Positions 18,901-28,500 of a stretch of DNA of 64,000 nucleotides are shown here, piece by piece. The stretch covers positions 82,814-146,813 of the forward strand of contig JAFPZP010000066.1 of assembly GCA_017417215.1 (NCBI GenBank). Direction: 5' to 3'. The notes under the pieces are model-generated. The model was given only the letters and a program-made list of their open reading frames with translations. It did not search any database and was not told the origin of the DNA. The DNA comes from Candidatus Rifleibacteriota bacterium (GTDB lineage: Bacteria > Muiribacteriota > Ozemobacteria > Ozemobacterales > Ozemobacteraceae). The stretch's first letter is position 1; the number at the start of each line of letters is the position of its first letter. The position numbers and the translations under genes are program-made.

Positions 18901-19162
18901 TGGTTATCAGCGGTCTGCTGCTTTGAACTATGGTTGTGGTCCATGTTATGGTGAAAGAGTTTCTAGCAATGATTTAAAAGAATTTGAAAACAGAGTTAAA
19001 GAGCTTTTGATTAAGATAAAAACAGACAAGACTTTTGACTCTATACCTTCTGATAAAGAAAATGCCAGTAGTTGTTTAACAAAAGAGGGCTGTCCTTTTG
19101 CAACTTTCTGTCAGGTTGGGCTTGAACAGCTTAAAAATCGTCAGAACACAGCAAAGGCATAG
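15926..19162 (+). CDS. UvrD-like helicase fused to a RecB-family (PD-(D/E)XK) nuclease, subunit 1 of an AddAB/AdnAB-like pair
   Basis: 1078 aa. Helicase motifs are Walker A AGPGTGKT, motif II ILVDEFQDTDP, GDPRQSIYRFRGA, TVHQSKGLEFP and VAITRAKEGL. The nuclease motifs are GRFDRIAL...IIDYKTTK and QLPIYFLA. Cysteines occur at DCPRKFFF and CLTKEGCPFATFC. Confidence 0.8.
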   Translation: MSELLNNDFNRLNEQQKKIIKSFSKNSLVIAGPGTGKTRTISVLIAKQLEAGVKLKEILALTFSDKAATELKQRVLEYYPRSFDQCWISTFHSFCARILREQYYEVGIAPDFKLLNAFKESLLMSFICRKMAQEAFPEYGKVLSKRGFQQEVSTLIGILKSNLVTPEEFEDAIKNTPDLNKRTQKRCFELLNIYQQYEKERKKDNYLDYRDLIALSIRVLKNPRIAEIYRRRFKVILVDEFQDTDPAQFLLLSLLKGENTDIKTAVIGDPRQSIYRFRGADPSMMTPKGLFKQRYKASVFPLSQNYRSAKSIVKSATMLNWSEKFSTDGLLTPNSTEEGFIKYYKVKNEIEEARVIARQIANYLIYGNNGKRYKPSDIAILVRNNYQIDLIAENLQTMYVPYQIAEDMKFFKAGEIITLVSLLKIAGATEEDIKESALQTAFLSPVFGLDPLWTQAVITDISNKTNKISYVLKLIEENRFSELPETDEINQNKALEFVRIIRLLESNGNEEISSIISAAVSSVIPLLKNASDSTSRNILHLRNMLSDYSEVFLHNFNRKPLISDLLPELEEWINYYALNIESSEIVNENAVKIMTVHQSKGLEFPITVISGLCEGQFPVNLRENILLGTSVIEKLKNYFNSKNREVNFFNPYPGSDEEQLEEERRLFFVAITRAKEGLIMTVPMRIGTDPTTAAPFFYEMGIKPNELEKEDKILTLSEFRTAITGLNQEELLELEPTLMEVEKQIPKKYAIHGIRPRIFNKAKHDSVELPEDFCFSATSLKNYLDCPRKFFFNNLLGITNPLENNANHFIVGNAFHKVLEELHKPGSVWELAKEPTDEDLMELFEKYAKPMLEIIPFFERHKHETEIMKALPLYREAVFKNEQLPCRHTKGVEKLFSFELAGSRIKGRFDRIALLDKESIQIIDYKTTKTIVSSENMFKKAFPTSGLIEDQEEMQLPIYFLACQRMGYKNISAATLYIMTDLYKKQTNNMKAGYQRSAALNYGCGPCYGERVSSNDLKEFENRVKELLIKIKTDKTFDSIPSDKENASSCLTKEGCPFATFCQVGLEQLKNRQNTAKA

Positions 19163-19178
19163 GATAAAGGAAGCTTAG

Positions 19179-22100
19179 ATGACGAATATTAAAAAAATTC
19201 TTAATATTATAACCGAAGGTCTGACTCCTGAACAGGCTGAAGCTGTTGTTTATCCTCCAAAAGGAAGGTTAAGAATTTCTGCTGGTGCAGGTTCTGGCAA
19301 AACTGAAGTATTAACAAGACGTATCGAAGCGCTTCTAAAACAAGGAATAAAACCAGAAGAGCTAGTTGCTATAACCTATACTACAAAAGCTGCATCTGAA
19401 ATGAAAGACAGGCTTATTGAAAAGCGAAAGATATCTCCTTCAGTTTTAAGAAAAATGGAAGTAGCAACTTTTCATTCTTTTCTTTCAAGATTTTTGAAGC
19501 AAGACCCATTTGGTGCTGGTTTAGATAGTTCTTTTACAGTTATAAACGAAAATACCAGAGAAATCTTGATGTTAGACCTTGCAGATAAATTTGCAGAGCA
19601 ATATGGAGAAAAGATTATCAAAGGTGATAATGCCTTAGGAGCGGATATAGCTGCAAAATTTATTGAAAATTTTCCCGCGGCTTTGAGTAAAATAAGGCGT
19701 TATCTTTTAAGCCCAGGTGAATTTTATCGCAAAGCAAGAAAAGAACTAGATTCTAGAGGAACTGAACTTGAATTTAAAACCTTAGAATGGCTTTTCCAAT
19801 TTTATACACTCTATATGGAAGAGCTTGATAAATGCAATTTGCTTGATTTTGACGAAATACTCATTAAGAGTAAAAACCAGATAGAATATATGCGTGAAAT
19901 AGGCATATTCCCTGATCGTCGTGTTTTCTTAATTGATGAATTTCAAGACAATAATCCAAATCAGCTTGGTATAGTAGAAGAGTTTTGTCGCGACCGAGAA
20001 AGCCAGATTTGTGTTGTTGGAGATGAAAAGCAGAGTATTTACAGATTTCAAGGAGCAAAAGTAGATACTTTCAGAGATTTTGTTTCAGATGAAGACATTA
20101 TTTTAAAAGACAATTTTCGCTCATATTCACAAATAATAGATTTTGCAGATACCTATTTGCTTAGAGGCGGCGACGTTGGAAAAATGTTTGCCAAACAAGA
20201 AGCCAATAGAGGAGATTCTCCTAGAACGCCGGTTGTAAGTTGCCTTTTATCACCAGATTCTATGAGTGACGCAGAAGCTTCTCAAAATATAGTTCAGTTT
20301 ATTCGAGATACGGTTGCTTCAGGAATGACGATACCTGATCGTAAAAACAAAGGGGAAATGAGACCTATTCGCTATGGAGATATTGCTTTAATTCTTAATT
20401 CTGTAAAGAATCTTCCTATTAATTTTGAAGATTCAATGTCTAATTTGCAGATTCCATATGTAATTTCAGGTGGATTTGGTCTTTATGACCGTAGTGAAAT
20501 TGAAGATATTCTTTCCTTTTTGAAACTGTTGATTCAACCAGAAGATGATTACTCTGTTATTAAGCTACTTACAGGACCTTTATATGGCCTTAATGATTCA
20601 GACCTTTTAAAACTTTCTCTGAGTGGAAAATTCGAAAATGTTCGTTTGTTGCCTAGAATTCTTTCAATGAAAGAAGAAGATTTGCCAGAAGAGGCAGTTA
20701 ATTTTAGAAATCTTTATGTAAGTATAAAGGAAAAGGCAAACAAGCCTGGTCTTGTAAATCTTTGTCATTCTATTATAGAACAGGCTGGTTTTTATGAATA
20801 CTCAGCCACTTTAGATTCTGATTTAAAGACCAAAAGAATCAACAATAACATCTCAAAGTTTTTAGGAATAGTTAGGGATTTTGAACAAAACGGCATTTTT
20901 ACTTCTTTAAGAGATTTTTTAAATCATGTTGAAAGAACAAGAGTTGCTGATATAGACGAAGATGAAGCGGGGTTGGGGCTTGATGAGGGTGATGCAGTCA
21001 AGATAATGACTATACATAAATCTAAAGGTCTTGAATTCCCGCTTGTAATACTGCCTTTCTTAAAAGGTAGAATATATAGATTTAACGAGAAAATCATTTA
21101 TGACGATCAATTTGGTTTAATTGTAAATGAAAAAAAATCTGATAATAAAAAAGCTGCTTTGTCACCGATTATAGAGAGTTATAAACAGATAGACAGAAAA
21201 GAATCTGCCTCTGAAGATTTTCGTAAGCTTTATGTAGCTTTTACGCGAGCAGAAAATTTATTGGTAATCACAGGACCCCATAAAGCTAGTATTCCACCAG
21301 AAGACCCCACAAAGCCAATTATAGAACCAATTTGTCATATTGTAGATATTTTAAAAGAAAATCAAAACTTAGGAGAAATATTTGACTTACAGAATTGGCG
21401 GGAATTACTGAATAAATGGCTGCAATCAGGTAAGTCAGAAAGAGTTGATAATCCTGTTCCTCAAAGACCTGAGGCAGATATTCAAATGCTCGACAGAAGC
21501 ATAAAGGCCATAGGTAGTTTCTTGGAAGAAAGAGAAAACACAGATTTCATTCAAATAGATAACAACAAAGATATTTTTTCTTTGCAGGAACTTTCGTTGT
21601 TTAAGATTTGCCCAAGAAAATATTATTTTTCTTCTGTTCACGTAGGTTCTTTTGAAGAAAGGTTAGAACAGGTTCAAACATTAGTTGGAAAGCTAACACA
21701 TGAGTCTATTAGGCTATTTCATGAAAATGACGGACATAATCTTACTTCTGAAAAAGAAGCTATTGATTTAATTGAATCTTTCTTAGATAAATTGATTCCA
21801 TGCTATCTAAGGAGTAAAACTCTATCTGCTATGGATGCAGAGGTCAGTGAGTCGCAGGGAATTTCTGAGAATAATAACAATGACATTGGTGAAACTTCAA
21901 ATATACCCCCTTTTGTAAAGGGGGAAGTCTGCGATAGCAGACAGGGGGATTTTAAAAAGCTTTTAAAGTCTAAGACGATGACTTTGCTTAATCGTTATAT
22001 TGAATCAGACCTCAGCAGAACCAAGCCTTGGCTTTTTGAAGCAGAAGTTAATGTTAAATTTGACGGAAACAATCTTACTAAGCCATTTTTTATCAGAGGT

Positions 22101-22484
22101 TTTGTTGACCGAGTTGATTTGGAAGAAAATGGTGATATTAGAATAATAGATTTTAAAACCAGAGAATATAGTCCTGAAGCTCATGAAGGTTATAAACGCC
22201 AGTTAGCTTTATATAGAATAGCTTCAAGCCGAGGCGTTATAGGCAAAATGGGCCAACTCAATTTTGCTAATTCATATATAGCTTATCTTAATCCAAAAGG
22301 TTTGGATTTACATGAGATAGAACCAAATTTGAATTATTTTGAAGATGAAGCGGCTAAAATAGTTTCTGAATTGCGTAAGGAACATCTTTGGGCAGCCAAG
22401 AAATCTGAACATTGTGCTGACTGTCCATATTCCAATCTTTGTGGAATGGAGAAGGGAGAAGGGAGAAAAAAAGCTCCCCTATAA
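19179..22484 (+). CDS. UvrD-like helicase fused to a RecB-family nuclease, subunit 2 of an AddAB/AdnAB-like pair
   Basis: 1101 aa. Helicase motifs are Walker A AGAGSGKT, FLIDEFQDNNP, GDEKQSIYRFQGA, TIHKSKGLEFP and VAFTRAENLL. The nuclease motifs are GFVDRVDL...IIDFKTRE and QLALYRIA. Cysteines occur at ICPRKYYF and CADCPYSNLC (CxxCx5C). Confidence 0.8.
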   Translation: MTNIKKILNIITEGLTPEQAEAVVYPPKGRLRISAGAGSGKTEVLTRRIEALLKQGIKPEELVAITYTTKAASEMKDRLIEKRKISPSVLRKMEVATFHSFLSRFLKQDPFGAGLDSSFTVINENTREILMLDLADKFAEQYGEKIIKGDNALGADIAAKFIENFPAALSKIRRYLLSPGEFYRKARKELDSRGTELEFKTLEWLFQFYTLYMEELDKCNLLDFDEILIKSKNQIEYMREIGIFPDRRVFLIDEFQDNNPNQLGIVEEFCRDRESQICVVGDEKQSIYRFQGAKVDTFRDFVSDEDIILKDNFRSYSQIIDFADTYLLRGGDVGKMFAKQEANRGDSPRTPVVSCLLSPDSMSDAEASQNIVQFIRDTVASGMTIPDRKNKGEMRPIRYGDIALILNSVKNLPINFEDSMSNLQIPYVISGGFGLYDRSEIEDILSFLKLLIQPEDDYSVIKLLTGPLYGLNDSDLLKLSLSGKFENVRLLPRILSMKEEDLPEEAVNFRNLYVSIKEKANKPGLVNLCHSIIEQAGFYEYSATLDSDLKTKRINNNISKFLGIVRDFEQNGIFTSLRDFLNHVERTRVADIDEDEAGLGLDEGDAVKIMTIHKSKGLEFPLVILPFLKGRIYRFNEKIIYDDQFGLIVNEKKSDNKKAALSPIIESYKQIDRKESASEDFRKLYVAFTRAENLLVITGPHKASIPPEDPTKPIIEPICHIVDILKENQNLGEIFDLQNWRELLNKWLQSGKSERVDNPVPQRPEADIQMLDRSIKAIGSFLEERENTDFIQIDNNKDIFSLQELSLFKICPRKYYFSSVHVGSFEERLEQVQTLVGKLTHESIRLFHENDGHNLTSEKEAIDLIESFLDKLIPCYLRSKTLSAMDAEVSESQGISENNNNDIGETSNIPPFVKGEVCDSRQGDFKKLLKSKTMTLLNRYIESDLSRTKPWLFEAEVNVKFDGNNLTKPFFIRGFVDRVDLEENGDIRIIDFKTREYSPEAHEGYKRQLALYRIASSRGVIGKMGQLNFANSYIAYLNPKGLDLHEIEPNLNYFEDEAAKIVSELRKEHLWAAKKSEHCADCPYSNLCGMEKGEGRKKAPL

Positions 22485-22499
22485 GTAGGAGAGCTTTTT
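22466..22499. terminator. bidirectional terminator between the helicase-nuclease pair and giant gene 1
   Basis: An A-run, then agctcccct / aggagagct (9 bp, one mismatch, 6-nt loop), then a T-run. It overlaps the stop codon at 22482-22484 and lies between convergent genes. Confidence 0.55.
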
Positions 22500-22516
22500 A
22501 GGATAATAGTTAACAG

Positions 22517-25500
22517 TTACTTCAGAACAGCGAGTTTAAGTGTTGCTTTTATCTTCTTGCCTGTTTCTGGGTTAATAGCTTCAAGTTTAGCTATGTAAAC
22601 ACCATTGGCAACTTTCTTGCCTTTCTTGTTTCTCAAATCCCATCTAACTTCATAGTTCCCGTCATTCCTGTCTAATACATCACCTTCATCGAAATCAGCA
22701 ACTTTATGACCGGCAACATCGTATATTTTTATTCTGATGTTGCAGTTAATGCCAGTACTGTTGGTTCTGATTCTTATGGTCATGTTGTTTTTAGCGGGGT
22801 TCGGATACTGGATAATCTGTTTGAATTCAAAAGGCAATACAAGAGCAAAACGCATACTTCCAGATGTGGCTAAGTTGCCTGTTTTGTCTTTTGCTGAAAT
22901 AACCAGATCATGATTTCCGTTAATGAGTTCAGAGAGTGATTTGAACTTGAAATTACCATCATTATCTAAGGTTATACCTTGAATTTTGCTGTCTATTTTT
23001 GCTTCAAGGCTATTGGTATCAATGCCAGAACCAAAGTCTTTTATTGATCCTCTAAACTCAGGTCTAGCAGTTTCAAAAGCTTTGGTTAAGTCTACTGATT
23101 CGTCTAACTTGATGGTTGGAGCAACAGAGTCTCTCATTATCGCAAATACCTGACTAGAATTGATTCTAGCTTTGATTTCTTTGTCAGCAGTTATATTAGA
23201 GGATATGTATTTCCAAGAACCATTCTTTTGGTAGAATAATCCTAATCCTGTAGTTTGACTGGCTGATTCAGGAATCTTCATAGAAGCAACAATTCCTTTG
23301 TTAACTTTTGATGAATTAACAGCGGCTTCGTAAGCATCTGTAATAGGAGTTAATTCAGAATTAGTGGCTTCTTCTTCACTTGTTGCAACAGAAGCTCTTA
23401 AACCTCTCATGGCGATATATTCGTTTTGCAAAGAGGTTCTGATTGTTCCTGTAGCATAATCTTCCTTAATAACACTTCGTTTAAGTATTTTAACAGTTGC
23501 ATCTTCTTTTAGACTATCTTTGTCGAATGAAAGACTGAACTGTTTATCATCAGAAGTAAGTCTTTGGTTAGAGTTAACTTTTACGTTTGCTATAACGAAG
23601 CTTCCGGTTTCACTGCCTTTATTGCCGTTTAAGTCTTCTCCTTCGACTTTCAATGTTCCAGACTGACCATTGGAAGCTTTAAGTGAAGCGGCAGACATAA
23701 ATGCAAGAGGATTAGTTGCATTTTTCTGCATTGTAAGTTTTATCGGGGAAGCAGAGCCGTGAGTTATTGTTAGAGTTGGGACTTTAATCAATTCTTCGTT
23801 GCTTATAGCGATTATGATTATGTCGTTTTCGTTTGCTGGATTAGAGAAAGCAGATATAACAAATGTTGGCGGAGTAACATCGCGACCCTTGAAGCCAAAG
23901 CCACTTATAGAACTTTCGCAAGAATCGTTTCCTAATTCGTCTTTGACTCCAGGAGCTTTAATTCTGTAATCAGCATTTTCTATGAAAGTTCCTGATGCGA
24001 CAAGTAATACTGAGGTTCCATCAGATTGTAGAATTGCTGTAGTGATTGGAATAGTATTTCCAACACTGTCCTGAATTATATAAGATGAAGTTGCTTCACC
24101 TGTTGTTTTATCTAAGGGCTGGTCGAAAACAACCATAATTTCGCCTTGACTATTTACTTTGTCAAAGCTTGTTCCTACGATTGCAGGACCTTTTATATCT
24201 GCGTAGAATACTGCAGAACTTGCTGTAGTGCTTAGAGTAGAACCATAAATATTAGTCAGGCTGTCATTTACTGTTAGAGTGTATGAAGCTCCATGAGTCA
24301 TACCTGTAGCAATAAAGCTAATAGCTCGTTCATCTTCTATCTGAATGTTACTAATAGTTAAAGGAGGAACGCAGCTTATAGGTGTTGCTCCTAATGATGC
24401 TGGTTCTATTCCATGGTTGAACCACAACTTAATAGTGTTGGAACCAGTCTGAACTGCTGGACTCATTACCTGGAAGGGTGATGTTATAGCAGTTGTGCTT
24501 GTAGCTGTTTCTGATGAGTTACCGCAGATATCAGAAACTCGGAAAGTGTAAACACCGTCAGAAACAGTAGCACCGCTGTCGTTCTTGGCGTTCCAGGAAG
24601 CTTCAAGGGTTCCACCGTTATCAACAATGTTGAGTCTGTTAATTCTTACGTTACCAGCGTTGTAGACGTCTATGTAATAAGCGCCAGTAGCTGTTAGAGG
24701 TTCTTCAGTTTCCAATGAAATTACTAATGGTTTATCTTCACTTGGTGAACAGTAACTGCCGATGACAGAACCATTAATCTTAAGAGTATAAGTGCCTATT
24801 TCAGGATTCTTTGTGTCTATAACCAATTTATAGAGGTCTTCTGTGTCTGAGGCAGCTAAGTTACCTGCCTGATCTGTAAGACCTATGTCATAGACTCCAT
24901 CGGGCATTATATCATCTGGATTACCGGTGTCTCTGCTGTATTTTGCTCTGAAAGGAGCTTTCCAACCATTACTACTAAGAGGAGTCAGAGCATAGGTATC
25001 TGTAGATACTTTGCTTCTAATCCTAAGTCTTGGATTTGTATCAATTAAGTTTTTGAAGGTTACTTCAAAGTTTGTATGCCTATATGGATTCATATAGACA
25101 GTTTCGCTGTCTGGGAAATCTATTCCACTATTGAATGAAATGCCTGTGTAAGTTGGTTCTTCACTGTCAACACTCCATTCATAGTTATAGAATGATAAGT
25201 CACCGTTCGTATCAGCTATTCTTATAATAAATGTGGCTGATGTAGCTACGATAGGTTCTGTTACTGCATCCCAGGTAAATGTTGCCATTAAATCACCATC
25301 TAAGGCTAATGGGTAAGAAGCTACCATTATTTCTTCTGTTAGCTGATTTACTGTAACTTTTTTGAGGAAAGTTAAATAAACAGTAGCCGGGTCTCCATCA
25401 GGTGCTTCTGAAAGCTTTATGGTCATTGTTGCAGCATTGGGTTCAACGTTAAAGCTGAATACATCATCGTAATGGTATTCATTACCACTTTCTAAGGTAT

Positions 25501-28500
25501 CGCTGGCAGTTGTTTGCTGATAGGAGTATGTGTGTATATAGCTTACTACTGGACCAGCAGATTTAACAAATACTTCGCCAAAGTCTGTTTCAACTTTATT
25601 ACCTGTTAAATCGGTTCCTATAATATGGTAAACATAATTGCCCTGAGGTATTGTGTTTGGAATCGCTACTGAAGATTCAAAGATAGCTGTATCACTAGCA
25701 ATAGCAGTGGTTTCTAATCTTATAAATCTACAAGGTATTTTGTATGAAGTTGTTGCTATTTCCAGATATTGGAATGCTTCTTCAAACATAGATTCATTAA
25801 ATTGAATAGAGAATGTAGCCATTCCAGCTTCACCTGAACTTATGTAAAGCTGATCTGTAATTGTGGCAACTAATACAGTTGGAGCTGTTTTATCAATCAA
25901 AATATTAGCTGTTTGTATAAATCCTGGCAGAGAATAATATTCTGCAAAGTTTCCTGCCATATCTATTGCCGCAATAGTATAGGTTCCTTCTGGTAACGGG
26001 GTTCCGTAAATGTCTTCCAGATTGCCTTCATAACTATAAGTTAATGCATTGGTTAAAGTTAATGGGTAGGTTCTTGTTGCTATTATTTCATAAGGTGAAC
26101 TTGAAACTCCATAAACAACTAGTTTTATTGCATCACTTGCATTGAGAATTATATCAGTACTTATATTGCCTAATATGTCTGGATTATAATAATAATTCAA
26201 TCCGACAGAAGCAGATGATGGTCCTGTTAATTGTATAATATCATTAAGTTTAGGTCTAATACTGTCATACTTTATTTCAAAATTATTAGAATCTGAAGCG
26301 ATATTTCCAACAGAATCTTTTAGCATAATAGTGAATGTGCCAGTAAATTCTTCGGGTGGAGTTATACCTGCTTCAAAATCTCCAAAGAATGGTGCATCAA
26401 CAGTGATTTCTGTTGCTCCACCAGTAAGAGTATGAGTTGCAATCTGAACGCCTGTTCCATCGAATAGAAGCAGAGTATGGTCTAGTGCATATGGACCATT
26501 TGTTGTTATTGTGTCGTAGACAATAGTTAAAGTTGCAATATTGGGTTCTGCTCTTAAACTAAATGGAATATCGTTTAGATAAGCATCACTTATCATTGTT
26601 TGCTGAGTTGTTAATGAAGCATAGAATTTTGGATTTTGAGAAATTACCTGAACTTCACCGTAGGTGTCAGTTGCTATGAGGTTACCAGCCAGGTCTCTTG
26701 CTTCGCTTACTACTATGCTTGCTGTTCCAACAGGGAAGTTGATTGTGTCAAATACATTATTAGTTACGAATAAACAAGATTGATCATCACGCCAGCTTTG
26801 GAAAGTGAGGGTAGCTATTTCTGTTGTTCCATAACTTGTATCTGTAGCTAATTGAACAGTTGGAGTTATGTTTTGGTTCATTATTTTGTCGAAAGTAACA
26901 AGGAAAGTAGCTGTCTTCCCAACTATTTCCAATGGAGCGAAGAGTTCATCTGAAGCATAGGCAGAAGTAACTTGAGGTGGTATGCTGTCAACAGTAATCT
27001 TCATAGAAACACCATCATTGATATTGCCAGCTAAATCTGAAATACCTAAGGTGTATTCCCCATCTGCTAAGCTACTGCCAAAGCTTATGCTGTGGCTTGT
27101 AGAAGCTGTTATGATATATGTTGTAGTTGCTGTTGATGAAGCAATCAATACTAAATCGTCTGTTTCTGTAGTGGTTACAGTAAATGTAGCTGGAACAGTC
27201 GGACTGTAATATCTTATTCCTGCTACTGTCTGACCAATACCACCATCGTTGAAATCAATAGATGTAACATCAGGTGTTGTAGTATCGACTTTGAACTGCC
27301 ATTTCAAATAACCTGTTTCTGGGCTGATATTCATTAGATTATCTGCTATTTTGAAAGAATATGTGGAGTCTGTTGTTGGCATATCTCCAGCATCCCAGGT
27401 GGCATAACCAGGATTACCTACACTAACAGCTAAGGTAGCTATATTGTTACCATCTTCATCATATATCAGTAGTTGATGCGGAGTGTTAAATGGACCGCTG
27501 ACATAATCAATCTTGAATGTTACAGAAGCTTCATCGCCAGTACTGTATTTAATTGGGTTGAAGTCTCTATTTTCGAAAACCTCATCACTAATGTCTGGTT
27601 GTAATGTGAGTATTGTTAAACTGCTAACGCCTGGTCCTTTTGGCTGAATATCAGTTGTGAAACTGTCTGGAGTTGCACCAATGACATTACCAGCAAGGTC
27701 TTGAGCATTTGTTACTGTATAGTTATAGATTCCTACAGGATAAGTAGCAACTATATCTACTGCATTTGTGAAGGAGGCGGTCATTAAATCGTCGCCCCAG
27801 CCAACAAACTGCATTCCAATACTTGCATTAAGAGTAGAAGTTGCCAAAACAAGTGTTGGAGTAACAGTAGTATCCATTAATTCTGTAAATTTAACGGTGA
27901 AAGTTGCCATGCCTATTGGGGTGTTAGCAACTAAATCTGTCGGACCTGGAACGATACTGTCTATTTCTGGTGGCGTATCATCTACGATGAGCATTATAGG
28001 ATCTGCAGTGGTATGCAAATTACCAGCATCATCTGCAATATAAATGGTGTAGATGTCTTCTGCTAAAGATTGACCGAAATTATTTGTCAGAGTTGTAGAT
28101 ATAACGTCTTCTGTTGTTAAAGTCATAGTAGCAACAGGTGACATTGGTGCAGAGAAAGAGGCTATAATAAGATTTAACGGATTGTTAAATGGTGGGGTTA
28201 TAGTCCCTTTAAACGTCATATCATCTAGAGCTGTTCTATAATAGTATATTCCCTGACTTAAAGTTGCTACGCCTGTTAGTGTCATTTCTGAAACAATAGG
28301 AGCTTTTGCATAATATTCAATGCTTCCTATGCTTTCAGTCATGTTTCCGGCCTTATCTACAACTTTAATTATTATGCTTGAGTTGGTTGTCGGAACTGTA
28401 TCGAAATCTAATATGCTAAATGTTGCTGTAGCATTTACACCGCTTTGAACTATTGTTGCGCTACCTATTTCTTGATCTGAAGTGTCGAAGAAACAAAGAG

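Noticed and set aside
22517-22814. Calling the giants definite T9SS cargo
   Set aside because: The tail equally fits the FlgD-Ig-like fold, and no T9SS component lies in the window. The call is left as CTD-like pending a genome-wide search.
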